Positions 48,901-61,716 of a stretch of DNA of 64,000 bases are shown piece by piece. Within the stretch, counting starts at the first letter, position 1, and the number at the start of each line of letters is the position of its first letter. The stretch is from assembly GCF_009834535.1 (NCBI RefSeq), contig NC_045697.1, positions 39,868,001-39,932,000 on the forward strand. Direction: 5' to 3'. The position numbers and the translations under genes are program-made. The DNA is from Camelus ferus (lineage: Eukaryota). The notes under the pieces were generated by a model that saw only the letters and a list, made by a program, of their open reading frames with translations, had not been told where the DNA came from and ran no database searches.

Positions 48901-51900
48901 TGAAGTTTACTTCTTACCTCTTTGTCATCTCCTGTAGGAGGAATCATCTTCTATGGATTTCCTCATAATCAAGACTTAAAGCAAAATAGGTACAGAAGGA
49001 GACAACAACTAGCAAGTCTGGCTCATAAAGTAGTTGCCTTGTTACCCATTAGAGCTGCAGGCTGGGAAACATACCTCTCCTCTCTGAGCCCTAACCTTCG
49101 GTTCTCACTTCTTCTCTGAGAGACTGACTCTTCCCTCATGACCGATACGGAGAAAAGCCACTCCCTTCTGGGCAGACTCCAGCTCTAATCTACAAAGTTA
49201 CTCATTATTCTGTGGGCAAGCCATCTGAGGTACCACACAGTAAAACCCTACAGGTGTCCACAAAAGATGAAGTGAAGGATGGCTAGAATTGGAACCAATA
49301 TAGTAGAAAGTCTATGACTAAAACTAGAGACACAATGTAGGAAAAGTATCTGTTCCACCTGCTGCTTGTTGTTTGCCTTCAAAGCCCCAGTTCTTTACCC
49401 CTCGCTGATCCGTGTCTTTTGCATGTGACTTTGCAGTTCCTCCCATTAAAGAGGCTGAGAGTATTTTGCCAGTCCTCAGTTTGGGCTCAGGTATGTGACT
49501 TGCTTTGATTACAGCATCGTTTGTCGAGTGACTGGGCTTGCTGTCTTGTACCTCTGACACTGCTGTAAGAAGAACATGCTTGAGGGTCTCAGGAAGAAGA
49601 TGGAAAACATAGGAAGCAGGGCCAGACTGCCCCAGCCAGGCTAGGCTAGATCAGCTAATCCCTAAACAACTCCCAACCAGGTGAACAAGTACAGATGAAA
49701 TCTGCAAAGCCACCCAGATGAATTCAACCTACATCAACCAGACCCTCAGCCAAACTGCAGGTTTGTAAAATTATTGCTATTTTAAGTCATTACGCTTTGG
49801 GATGGTTCATTACGCAGCATTTCTGTAGCCATCAGTAACTAATAGTTAACTCATAACCCCAATGTTCAATTAAACATCCCATAGCTTTTCTCTGAAGGGT
49901 AAGCAAGGAATCCTGGCACCCGTTAGGCTTGCAAACTGTAGTTGCAAATGCAGGCTCTTCTCTGCTATATTATATCAGTGTTTTCCTCCCATATTAGTAA
50001 AAATGTCCAATGAGACTTTTTACTGTACCACTAATACTTTCCGGAGGTCAGTGGTTTCAGCTTGGCTTAACTGACGCAGAGCATCTTCAACTAGGTGACT
50101 TCGTCTGACTCTAAGTGTAAATGGAAGTGGTGGAGGGAATTCAGCTTCTCCTGAAAGAATCATTTGCCAAAATTTTTTTCCTTCTGATTCCTAGAAAAAG
50201 AAATATTTTAGGAATTCTCATAGGGATACTAGGAATTGTTTAATATTTCAAATGAACATATTTTATAAAGCATTCATTTATGCCTACCATTGCTATATGT
50301 ACTCATATTGTAATTATTTAAGGAAAAGAGCACTGTATATACACTATGGAAGATAAAGAGATCATAGGAGCTGTGAAACTGAGAAACCTAGGAGTTGTGT
50401 ATACAACTCTCTTGGGGCCTGTCCTGCAACAGTGACAGTGGACACTAGCTATCCTACTTCAGGTTCCCAGGCTGAATGTGGTTGTCCAGTTAAGCTCTTT
50501 ACAAGCATCTCAGAGAAGTGTGCATGTGGCTGTAGGCTTGGGAAAGCCCTGTCCCAGATTTCTGCCGCACTAAGTCCTAGGAAGTTTATATGTGATGCCA
50601 CTAGATTCTTCTGCTTTTTCCTTAAGATGTTTATTGTAAAGAAATTCCAGATTTGTAGAGAAATAGAACAAGTGCCATGTCTGGTCCTTCCTGGTGGTGG
50701 GTCATCTCTTCCTGTGGCCCTGGAGTCTGCAGCTCTGGGACGCTTCAGCGAGACCGACTGCTGGGCAACATGTCCCGTGGCTCTGAGTGACAAGGACTGG
50801 CCAGCAGTGTCCTCCACTGATTGTCGCAAGAAGTGTATGTGGCCTATTGTGGGCCAACCCTTCTCTCACCTAACCGAGAATTGGACTAGAAACCTACAGC
50901 TTATCTTATTTCCCAGTGTCTCTACTCCCCTTCTCCGTGGATTGGTTTCCCCTTCCTGCATGGATGTATTTGAATCAGTAATGCAGTTTGGAGCTTACAG
51001 CTTTGACTATGCTCATCATCTCTCCTTTGGAGAACAGGATTCTGCAGGCTGCTTTCTGACTTCACCCTTGACAACTACAACTAGAGCTTTCTTGTCCTCA
51101 AACCTCTCCTAGTGCTTCATGGTATGCAACCTGCCTGGGTCCACTGTCCACTCAACCCTCACTAACAGAGTAGACAGGTTAGACAGAGCACTGCTGTTGA
51201 AGAAAATACCATGCAGGGAAGGATTTAATTTATTTTCTCCTGTAACCAGGGATGTTAGGGAAAAAATTTTTAAGGAGTAGTTGGGAAACAAAAGAAGAGA
51301 TGATTCAGTCAAATTTTCTTGTAAATATGCAGACGACAGATACTAACAATAGGAACTAGAGGAAGAGTCCTTATCTACAGAATGCTTTTAGCAGAATGTA
51401 CCTTATCCATCTAGGTTGCTTATTACAAATAAACTGTGGATGTATAAATTTATGAGGCCATGGCTCACTGGAAAATGCCATGTAAACTTTATAATCAATA
51501 GAGTTTATAAAGGAAATATTTGATAACTGAAAAGGCTCCTTTTCTGCATATGATGTCCTAGGCTTCTCCATGTTTCACCTAGATGGCCTAGATCCTTTGA
51601 ATTATTAATGAAAGTAATAGGCATGATTTCTGATTCTTGCGAGTCTTTAAAATATAAATATCACAGATAAACAGATACAAACCTTTCCTGAGAAATGGCC
51701 TACAAAACAAATCTCAGCAATCAGAAAATGTTTGGAAAATCTTTAGCATAATGTCTGGGGGTGAGGGGTACGGTGAGCATTATAAATACTAAGTCTGATG
51801 GTGGTAACAGAGACAAAATAGCACATAAATGTTGTGTGGGAATAATGCAACTACTAGAAAAGAAGCAGAAGGGAGGCTAGGTAGAAAGCAGAATAAACTC

Positions 51901-54900
51901 AGTGAATGACTCATAGGCATAATCTGGTAATAAAAGCTATCAGCTGTGGCTTATAAATCAAGCTCCAAGACTCTTTAGCAAATATGAAAATCTAAAGACT
52001 ACCACTAAGAACATAATAGTAACTAAAACTGGATTGAGGAAGAGAAGGAAGAAGGAGAGAAAGAACAATTACTAGATAATTTCAGTATTGCTGATAATAG
52101 AACAATGAATATTATCTAAAGAGTATGAGGACTCAGACATTATATAATAATAAGAAACACAATTAAACTTAAACTTAAATGTCACGATTAACACATCAAA
52201 TTGGAAAAGATCACAAAGCTTAGTTAACACTACATTGGTGAGAGTGTATGAAAGAGGCATTTCATACATTGCTAGAATTAACATAAATTGATGCAACCTC
52301 TATGTACAGTAATTTGGCAACATTTAATTATTAAAGAAAAAACATTAAGCATCATTCTACCTATGGATATGGAAGCAACCTAAGTGTCCATCAGCAGATG
52401 AATGGAAAAGAAGATATAGTATATCCACACAATGCAATACTACTCAGCCATAAAAAAGAAAATTTTGCCATTTGCAGCAACATGGATGGATTTGGAGGGC
52501 TTCATGCTAAATGCAGTTATGTGAGACAGAGAAAGACAAATACTGTATGATATCACTAATATATGGAATCTAAAATATAACACACTAGTGAATAAAACAA
52601 AAAAGCAGCAAACTCACAGATATAGAGAACAAACTAGTGGTTACCAGTGGGAAGAGGGAAGAAGGGAGGGGCAATACAGGGGTAGGAAAGTAAGAGGTAC
52701 AAATTATTAGGTATAAAATAAGCTAAAAGGATATATTTTACAACATGGGGATATAGCCAATATTTTATAACAACTATAAATGAAGTATAAAATAAAAAAA
52801 TTGTGAATCACTATATTATACATCTGTAATCTACATAATATTGTACAGTGACTATACTTCAATTTAAAAAAAAAAGAGTTTGATGGGAAACATTACCATG
52901 GAAGAACCAAGTGGTCACCACCTGAACCCACTGATGATCTCAGCATGAACAAATGTGAAACAACCAGAAATAATGCACTGAGTATGGAGAGGTGAAAAGA
53001 AGTTGGGCCTGGGATTTGCTTTACGTACTTTAACAAAAATAACAACAAATACAAAAACAACAAAAATGACAGATGAAGAAAGTATGGCAAAACGTCAATG
53101 ACTTATAACGCTTTGTGCTGGGGTTCAATATACCATTATCTCTATTTTGTATATGTATGAAAATTTTGCATAATAAAAAGTAAGACATACATACCAGCAT
53201 TTTTATATGGGAATCAGCTTGTAATAATCTAATTTTGGAGAGCAAATTAAAGATAAATGGATAATCACTGAAAATAGTGGGACTGAGGTTTTCTTCAAAC
53301 ATCTAAAAATTAAAAAGAGGTAACAGTTTTGATAATCAAAAGAAAAAAATACTTCATTCCTTTATCTCATCACCTTAAATTATTTCCCTCCATAGTTTTC
53401 AGAATCTGCTTTTAAGAATACAAGTTACCCAGAAACAAATTCCTAAGAAAATCCATTTGTTTTGCGACTGAAAGATGTTTCAGTTTTCTGCTTTAGCAAA
53501 TTAAGCATTGCAGTGAGAAAATTTTCAAATCTTAATTTATCAATGAGACACCTACATAGCTACTAATTTGTCTCCCTTGAAAGTATGAAAAATTTCAGAA
53601 AGTAGAAATGTTATTCTTACCAGGTTGTTATTCCTAAAGATCACTCTTGTTCTCTCTTGATAAAAGTTCAAACAAGTGGAGAGTTCACTTATGTTGAAAG
53701 CATTTTCTGATAGTCGACGGTTAGCTTTGTTTACCTTAAAGATAATAGGACCTGTGAATTTTATTTTCTATCAATAAATGATTTAATCTATTTTATATAT
53801 GGCTAGTATATAGATAATTAGAATAAACCTCTATAAACCCCATGCATTTGTCAACGATGAAGTAGAGTTCTATAAAACTTCCATTTTTTGATCTGTAATG
53901 TCTCCAATTTTCATACATATTGTAAAAGGTATAAAATGTTTACAGCGGACATTAGTAAACCAATTCTTAGGGCACAGTTTCACTGGAAACAGTTTCTAGA
54001 TCTTGAGAATAAAAGCAGCAAAAACAAAAAAATCCAATGTACTTTCAACAAATTCAAGCCTTTCTCTGTGAATTAGTGAATATTAATTTAGCACACACTA
54101 TTTGTCAGGCATGAGACATAGCATAAGCTGAAAACTGTCCTGGCTTACACATAGGTTACTGTCTAGTAGAGCAGTCAACAAACTCTTTCTTAAATCCAGG
54201 TGGTAAATATTTTGAGCTTGGGACTATATAGTTTCTAGTGCAACTATTCAACCCTTCCATGGCTGTAGCACAAAACAACCATAGACAGTATGTAAATAAG
54301 TGAGTGTGGATGTGTCCCAATAAAACTTTATTTGTAAAAACAAGAGGCTGTCCATGGGCACAGATTGCCAACCCATGGTCTAGTAGGTAAAAACAGCAAG
54401 TAATTAGGCACACAGGATACAGTTTTGATTGTAGAAGGACTTAACAGGGTTCAAAAGAAGGCTTCCCAGAAGAAGCAATGCTGGAAAAGCAATGATCTAA
54501 GTAAGCCTCCATCACATCCAATTAATCTAAATTAATCCAAGAGTTAGAAACCAGGAAAAAAGAAATCTAAGAACTTAAATTAAGGAAATAAAAAGCAGAC
54601 ATACAGGATAGAAGATCAACAAATTAAAAGGTTGCATCTTATGGAAAAAGACCCCACAACTTCCTTGTAAGACTAATCTAGGAAAAAAGGTAAATAACCA
54701 ATATCAGGAATGAAAAATGTGATGAAACTACAGATTGTGATGCATACTTTTTCCTAATGAAAGGAGTCTATTACCCAACATCTTTTTAAGCCCTCATACA
54801 TTTTCTTATTTTTTAAATCCCCAATTATTTTATGTCAAACATTTCCCTTTTATAGATTACTTTGAAAAATATTTGACTCCTCATGATTCTTATTTGTGTT

Positions 54901-57900
54901 CTTAAAACTCTGGCCATGCACAATAACACCAAAAACAATAAAATACTTAGGAAAAACTTTTAGCCAGGAAGATGAAAGATCTATACTTTGAAAGATCATG
55001 ATAAAAGAAATTGAAGAAAACATAAAGAAATGAAAAGATATCCCATGTTCATAGATTGGAAAAATATTGTTAAATGTTCATACTACCTAAAGTTGTCTGT
55101 AGACTCAATGTAATCCCTCTTAAAATTCCAATGACACTTTTCATGAAATAGAAAAAACAATTCTAAAATTTGTATGGAACAACAAAAGGCCTTGAATAGT
55201 CAAATCAATTCTGAAAAGAAGAAAAAAATTGGAAGTATCACACGTCCTGATTTACAACTATACTACAAAGCTATAGTAATCAAAACAGTATATGGTACTG
55301 GCATAAAAACAGACACATAGACTAATGGAACAGAAACAAGAGCCCAGAAAGAAACCCTCACATATTTGGTCAATTTATATTTGACAGTGGAGCCAAGAAT
55401 AATCATTGGGGAAAGAATAATCTCTTCAATAAATGCAGTTGGGACGACTGAATAACCACATGCAGAAGAATGAAACTGAACCCCAATTTTACACCACTCA
55501 AAAAAATTAACTTGAAATGGATTAATGAATTAAACAGAAGACCTAAATCGTAAAACTCTTAGAAGAAAACATCAGGGAAAAGCTCCTTGACATTGGTCTT
55601 GGCAATGATTTTTTTGGGGTATGACACCAAAAGCACAAGCAACAAAAGTAATAATAAATAAATGAAACTACATCAAACTGAAAAAGCTTCTGCATAGCAA
55701 GAAATAACCAACAAAATGAAACGGCAATCTATGGAATGAGAGAAAATATTTGCAAACCATATATCTGATAAGGAATTAATATCCAAAATATATACAGATG
55801 TCACATAATGGAGCAAAAAAAGAAAAAAGTCAAACAATCCCATTTAAAAATGGGCAGAGGAACTGGACAGACACTGTTCCAAAGAAGTCATACAGATGGC
55901 CTACAGGTACATGAAAAGTTGCTCAACATCACTAATGATCAAGGAAATGCAAATCAACACCACAATGCAATATCGCTTCATACCTGTTAGAATGGCTGTC
56001 ATCAAAAAGAACACAAATAATGTTGGCAAGGATGTGGAAAAAAAGGAACCTTTATGCACTGTTAGTGAGAATGTAAATTGGTGTAGCTACCATGGAAAAC
56101 AGTATGGAGATTCCTAAAAGATTAAAAATAGAACCACCATATGATCCAGTAATCCCACTTCTAGGTATATACCCATGATATGAAATAACTCTCTCGAAGA
56201 GATATCTGCAGTCCCATGTTCATTGCAGCATTATTTTAGAACAGCCAAGACAGAGAAACAACCTAAATGTTCATGGACAGATGAATGGATAAAGAAGATG
56301 TAGTATATATATAATGGAATATTATTCAGCCATGAGAAACATAGAAATTCCGCCATTTATGACAACATGGACAGACCATGAGGACATTATGCTAAGTGAA
56401 ATAAGTCAGACAGAGAAAGACAAATATAGTATGATACCACTTATATGTGGAATCTAAAAAAGACAAACTTATAGAACAGAGTAGAATGGTAGTTTCCAGA
56501 AGCTGGGGGGTGGGGGAAATAGATATTGGTCAAACTTCTAGTTATAAGATGAATAAGTTCTGGGGAGTCTAATGTTTAGCATGGTGATTATAATTAACAA
56601 CACTATACTACACAGTTGAAAGGTTGCTAAGAGAGTAGATATGAAGTGTTCTCACAATAAAGAAATGGAAATTATGGGATGTGATGGAGGTATCAGCTAG
56701 AGCTATGGTGGTAATCGTTTTGTAATATGTAAGTGTATCAAATCAACACACTGTACACCTTAAACTTACACAATGTTCTATGTCAATTATAATCTCAATA
56801 AAGATGAGGGGAAGATATATACTACTTTAGAAATATCAGTGCATTATTACTTCTGAAAAGCACTAACTTTTATACATAATATTTTCTCCTATTGAAATTG
56901 ATATTTTATGATGAAATTTGCTTTGATTGTCAATTTAACAATTTATATTATAAAAGCATCTTATTTTAGCTAATTGTCTTTCCCTCGAACAGTATCAGTT
57001 TAATTCTGTTATTTTATTTTAAATGCTTTGTCTCTTCCCTACCCCCAAATAATCATTAGATTTATTAGTAGCCTAATTTTAGGTTACTTCTGGATTGTGT
57101 TACGTACACTAATGAAAATGCTGAATCATTCTCACATCTGAGTATTTGTGCCTCTAATATATTATATATCCTCCAGAGTCTATCCATTTAGCAAAACAAG
57201 CAAAATCCTGAATTATTAAGGGCTAAATAAAATATTATCATTCTATTGTGGAAAATAAAGCAAAATAAGGCTCCATCTGGCTAAGAACTAAGGGATCTTG
57301 ATTTAGTAAAATGGTATATACATTCCTTTAGATAAACCCTTACCTTATACACTTCTTTCATCATTTCTAGAAGAACTTTAACATTGTTGTGACTCTGAAT
57401 GGTTTCAGTCCAATGATACATTTGAGAGACAACGGCAGTTTTAAGCATCTGGACCAGTGTGTTGAGAGAGGATTCTTGCAAAGATGCCCAACACTGCTCT
57501 GAGGGGGGTAAAATCAGCCATGATAAATATGCACCTCCCAAAACACTCCCTCAGCTTTTACTAAGTTCTTTAATGTAAGAAAGAGATCATATTTCCCAGT
57601 TCTGATGGCATAACCCATAAAATATTTTTTCTAAAGATAACATCCTGGGCAACATTGACTACTCACAGGTATGGAAAAAAGAAGTGTTTTTCCCGATTAA
57701 GTATCATTGGAATTAAAAGCTCAAATTGAGGTTTCTGAAGGAACTTGTTGATCATCCATATTTGTGTTTGATTACTTGATTAATTTCATGATTTTCAAAC
57801 TGAAAATTCCATAGGGTATCTATAAGGTCTGAAAACATACATTGAGTGAATGTACGCATACATACAAGACATATAATGGCATCAAGGATATTTTCAATCT

Positions 57901-60497
57901 GTAAAAAGCAAAATAATATTATATATGTTTTCAGACTTTATGAATACCTGGTATAAATGGACATATTTTTAATTAGCTCAATAACAATATTTTAATATCA
58001 CTGAGATTACAAACTGAGTTTTTGTCCTTTAAAAGACAATTCTCAGGAAACAAACATATCAGATGTTAAAATATATTTTCAAGCCAATATAATTAAAATA
58101 GTATGACTCAGATGCATGAAAAGTAGATTAACATATAAGAGGCTTCATAAATGGACCCAAATACACATGACTCTAGTATATGATGAAGGTGGCATTGTAT
58201 ATTAGTGGATAGTGAAATAGATTATTTAATAAATGTGTGACAGTTGGAAACTGATCCAAGGAAAAATGAAGTTTAATCAGGATAAACTCCATAGAGATCA
58301 AAGACTTAAACATAAAAACAAAATGATAAAAGTTTTAGTAGGAGCATGGGAAATTTTTAAATTTCAGCATGAGGAAAACTTTCTGAGGTATGACCCAAAC
58401 TTAGAAATCATAAAAGAAAATGCTAATATAGAAGGCTGCCTAAGAATGTTTATAAATAATTATGCATGGCAATAGTACCACAAAGTAAAAAAAATTTTAA
58501 TAACCTAAAGGAAAGAAATTGCAACTCATATTATTGATAAAGAACTAATTGTCTTAGTAGATTCGAAGTTCCTAAATAAAAAAGAAAAATACCAACAACA
58601 AATGGAAAAATGGACTGAGACATAGGAAAAACAGCACAACTTCACTCATAATGAGAAAACTGAAATTCAGACTAAGAGAGTCTTCTTTTTGAAATGGTAA
58701 AAGACCAAACCTTGGTTAACACTATGCAAAAGTGTGTGGGTCGATGCCTCTCATATTTGTTGATGAAGTGTAAACTGGTACATCTTTTGTCAGGGCTGCC
58801 ATGGATGACAAGGCAAATGGTGACTACTTAAAGTTGGGCAACATGGTGGCCCTGACTTCTGTCATTTGGCAAAATCTTTCAAAATTTAAAATGCAATTAC
58901 AATTTGACCCAGTAATTGTGCTTTCTGGAAACTTCCCTGCCTGTGTAAATTTATATATATACAGGAAGAAATGAATGTTAGAACTGTTATAATAGCAAAA
59001 ATTTAGAAACAACTATTCATGTATATTCTCCCAAAGGAATACTATTCAGCCATTAAACAGAAGAAGGCAGTTCTACAGATTCTGTAACATAACGATCTCC
59101 ATGATATAAGTGTTTAGTGAAAAAAAGCAAGTTGCCAAAGAATGTGAATGGTATGCTATCATTTAAAAAAAGAATACATTTCTATATGTTTTTATATAGA
59201 GAGAATGTCTTTCAAAGGTTACACAAGAAACTCTATTCTGTAACTGCTTTCTGGGATGGGAACTGGGTGGCTTAAATTTCACTGTATATTTCACCTTTGT
59301 AACTTTTAAAGCTTTGGACCTTCAACATTAGCTCAAAGTTATAGAAGGACATCCCATAGTATTGAATAAAAAAACAAGAAGGCAAAGTTAAACATTTCCC
59401 CCTCACCTCTGGTCAAAATGTCTTAAGTTTTAAAACAATATAAACAAAAAGTTTTAAAGTATGGATTTATCTTGACTGGATACTCTTTGGTTATTAAGCT
59501 CTGATGTCAAAGCCATGTCCAAGTCAAGAATTACATATGCTTTGTAATGATAAGAATATGATTGTAACAGCTTTGAAACCAAGCAGGACCCTGTGGGGCC
59601 CTCTGGGTACCAAAGCCTTTCCCTGTCCCCCAATTCTTATTTGCATGGAAAAGGCTTCAGCCTCTAGACCTTCCCTGCATTCCAAAGGGCAGACTCAAAC
59701 AGTTACTAATTAGGGAAGTGAGAAAATGCAGGAACAAAGGAAAGGCAGTCAAGAAAAAATAGCGCAGCAATGGCGCAGGGTCCTGGTTCCTCCTCAAGGG
59801 ATTTACGTAACAATCTGACACAAGTCTCAGAGTTCTTCTACAGGAACTAAGACCCCCGTGCAGGTGGAGGATGGTAACTTTGGGCTGAGCACAAGCACTT
59901 GGACCCCAGACTGGTCACAACCAGAAAGCTGATGATTGAGATTCCTGGAATACCACCCTGTTAAAGGCAAATACAAATTTGCCTTTAAAAACTCTTCCCT
60001 GAAATCCATCAGGGAGTTCGGGTCTTTTGAGCATAAACCACCCATTCTCCTTGCTTGGCCCTTGCAATAAACATTTCTCTGCCTCAAACTCTGATGTTTT
60101 GGTTTGTTTGGCCTCGCTGTGTGTCAGGCACACAAACTTGGATTTGACAATTTTAGGTTAATATTTTCAATAATGCACATACCACATACTCAAACATCTG
60201 TGTGGTATTTTGAAATCTTCTATCTAAAATTTGCTACAGATTCTGCTTCAGACAGTGACTCTCTATTGAGAGTGCAGAAAACGTGACACAAAAACAATCA
60301 AACTTACTCAGGACTTGTAAAGGCTGGCCCATCATGATATAAACAGTCTCTGCAAATGGAACCACCAGAGTCATCCAGTTCCTCGGATCATGCATCACAG
60401 GACACTCTGGGAGCAGAAGGAAAACTGATAATGCTTCTTCGTGTGGAGAACGAGATGGAAGAGCTCTGAGCAGATTATCCTTGAGATGTGTAGTTAT
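39705..60497 (-). CDS. HERC6: HERC6, HECT and RCC1-like domain E3 ligase 6; exons 12-23, 5' half outside window
   Basis: 12 GT-AG exons splice in frame to a complete HECT domain with catalytic motif [15 protein letters not shown] and a HERC6-type C-terminal tail GFVSPMVTG*; lies upstream of HERC5 on the same strand, the known HERC6-HERC5 arrangement. Confidence 0.95.
40630..40880 (+). mobile_element. MIR SINE (representative; others near 4060, 8200, 8670, 10440, 18620, 28900, 45880, 46240)
   Basis: MIR core CCTCTTTTTCCTCATATCTGAAATGGGG...ATGCCTGGCATAGAATAAGCAC. Confidence 0.7.
41325..41427 (-). CDS. HERC6: HERC6 exon 22 (103 nt), after an 88-nt intron
   Basis: [40 protein letters not shown]. 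Confidence 0.95.
41516..41699 (-). CDS. HERC6: HERC6 exon 21 (184 nt)
   Basis: [61 protein letters not shown]. Confidence 0.96.
42425..42633. mobile_element. MER63-like hAT element within an L2 relic
   Basis: CATTTGCAGCATTTGCCAAC...CAATCAGCTCTCACAAGCTCCAGCATACCACT. Confidence 0.55.
43038..43108 (-). CDS. HERC6: HERC6 exon 20 (71 nt)
   Basis: [29 protein letters not shown]. Confidence 0.95.
43536..43602 (-). CDS. HERC6: HERC6 exon 19 (67 nt)
   Basis: [28 protein letters not shown]. Confidence 0.95.
43841..44045 (+). mobile_element. MER20-like hAT element
   Basis: TIRs CAGTGATTCTCAA / TTGAGAAACCCTG; 8-bp TSD CTCCAGAC / CTCTGGAC. Confidence 0.85.
44740..44906 (-). CDS. HERC6: HERC6 exon 18 (167 nt)
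   Basis: [55 protein letters not shown]. Confidence 0.96.
47030..47585 (+). mobile_element. Old L1 3' UTR interrupted by a SINE
   Basis: CAATGGAATATTACTCAGCAAT...ATTATGCTGAGTGAAAG...CAGATCAGTGGTTGCCTGGG. Confidence 0.75.
47334..47439 (+). mobile_element. tRNA-derived SINE, Vic-1-like, inserted in an old L1
   Basis: AGCTTAGTGGTAGAGCAC...GTTCAATCCCCAGTACCTCCATT plus poly(A); imperfect TSD AAAGGGGTATGT/AAAGGGATGT. Confidence 0.85.
47816..47959 (-). CDS. HERC6: HERC6 exon 17 (144 nt)
   Basis: [54 protein letters not shown]. Confidence 0.95.
49336..49845 (+). mobile_element. MaLR LTR, MLT1-like
   Basis: CATGTGACTTTGCAGTTCCTCCCATTAAAGAGG...GTGACTTGCTTTG...TAACTAATA. Confidence 0.65.
50029..50190 (-). 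CDS. HERC6: HERC6 exon 16 (162 nt)
   Basis: [54 protein letters not shown]. Confidence 0.93.
52365..52875 (+). mobile_element. L1 3' end with poly(A), nested in older L1 sequence
   Basis: AAGCAACCTAAGTGTCCATCAGCAGATGAATGG...ACTATACTTCAATTT-A10. Confidence 0.85.
53195..53302 (-). CDS. HERC6: HERC6 exon 15 (108 nt)
   Basis: [42 protein letters not shown]. Confidence 0.94.
53621..53734 (-). CDS. HERC6: HERC6 exon 14 (114 nt)
   Basis: [44 protein letters not shown]. Confidence 0.93.
54169..54377. mobile_element. MER58A-like hAT element
   Basis: Exact 8-bp TSD GTCTAGTA (54161-54168, 54378-54385); CCAATAAAACTTTATTT motif. Confidence 0.85.
54925..56802 (+). mobile_element. L1 ORF2 3' portion and 3'UTR (L1MA-like, decayed)
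   Basis: ORF remnant [33 protein letters not shown] is typical of L1 ORF2; ends CTCAATAAAG. Confidence 0.92.
57344..57498 (-). CDS. HERC6: HERC6 exon 13 (155 nt)
   Basis: [57 protein letters not shown]. Confidence 0.95.
58040..59310 (+). mobile_element. Old L1 (L1ME-like), decayed
   Basis: GATTATTTAATAAATG, GGAATACTATTCAGCCATTAAA and related motifs. Confidence 0.7.
59574..60149 (+). mobile_element. Solo LTR (ERV1-like), antisense in HERC6 intron 12
   Basis: TGAAACCAAGCAGGACCC start, TATA-like CCTTTAAAA, AATAAA at 60066-60071; no clean TSD, ends approximate. Confidence 0.75.
60308..60497 (-). CDS. HERC6: HERC6 exon 12 (190 nt)
   Basis: [63 protein letters not shown]. Confidence 0.95.
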
Positions 60498-61052
60498 CTG
60501 TGGTTGAAACAGTATCAGGGAAAGACCCAGAGTAATGTAAGAAACAAGCTATTGGACCAGAGGTTTCATTCCACCATGTTCCAAATGAAATAATCATTTA
60601 GTTTTCCCGACACCTGCTGTTCAAACTCCATCATTCCTTGTATCTCAAATGCCCCTGAAGCCATAAGTGAGAACTATCGTCCTTATTTTATATTGGGGTG
60701 AATGAAGGGAAAAAAAGTGAAATCAGATGCATGGACATACTGAATAAAATCGTGAAGGCTGCTCGATTAGAAGGCATCCATACCCAGCTCTATCTGACCT
60801 AAAATCCACCGTGGCAGAGAAAATGCCACCTGTTCACCTCACCAATGCTGTCAATCCTCCTTCTGGGCTCACAGGAAGATGGTGTTTCTAGCTATGGAAT
60901 GTGAGTAAAGGTGATGGATGCCCCTTCCATATCCTCTTTCCTCATCTGCCAGCCAAACACAAAAGATCTTGTGGAGAATTTCATGGCCTTGGGGCCTAGA
61001 ACTCCAGAGAGAAGGAGCATGAGTCACCCCTGGATGAATCTGGGCAATAGTG

Positions 61053-61613
61053 GGAAGGGTAGTGGAATCTGCCACCCCCAAAATATGCTGCTCTGACACC
61101 CAGATTATTTTGAGCTGAAGGCAAGTGAGAAAAAGGCTGACATAGAACAAGCTCTCTGGCCTCCCTCATCCACCTAAAAGCAGAACATAAATTCCCCTTG
61201 TGAAGGTGCCCTCCTGTCCCCAACTTCCTGTACCTGGAAGGGCATAGCGACACCCTTATAAGCTGAAATGAGCTGGCACTGAGTAAGACTCTACATGACA
61301 AACCTGCCTAATTAGCCCTTCTCCACCGTTACTTTCTTCCCATAGTTTGCCACCCAAAAGCTCAAAATCCTTTTCCTTTGGCCTCTCACTTCTCTACAAA
61401 ATTATTGTTCTTCGCTGAGATGTTATAGAAGCCCAAATTCTAGCCACTCCTTTAAGGTACTCACCACTGAGCACTTCTGTGTATTTGTGGGATGCACCTA
61501 TTAATAAACTTGTTTGTTTTTCTCTTGTGAAGCTGCCTTTTCTCTGTGTTTTTTCAGGGCCTCAGCCAATGAAACTAAGATGAGAGGAAAAATATTTTTT
61601 TTCCTTCCCTACA
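61053..61613 (+). mobile_element. MER34/MER39-like solo LTR
   Basis: GCCACCCCCAAAATATG...GATTATTTTGAGCTGAAGGCAA; ends CCCTACA; 4-bp TSD AGTG. Confidence 0.75.
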
Positions 61614-61716
61614 AGTGCCTCCTATCTCAACCCTCATTGGACTATGGTGCGAGAAAAAAATCTTCATTGGGTTAATAAGCCATGGAGATTTGGATGTTGT
61701 TAGTTATAACAGCTTA

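Noticed and set aside
55808..56117. ORFs resembling a real protein
   Set aside because: Frameshifted L1 ORF2 remnants; the same applies to 35975-36202.
685..60497. Possible pseudogenisation of either paralogue
   Set aside because: All visible exons keep frame and GT-AG sites; no premature stops; HERC6 catalytic Cys is intact.
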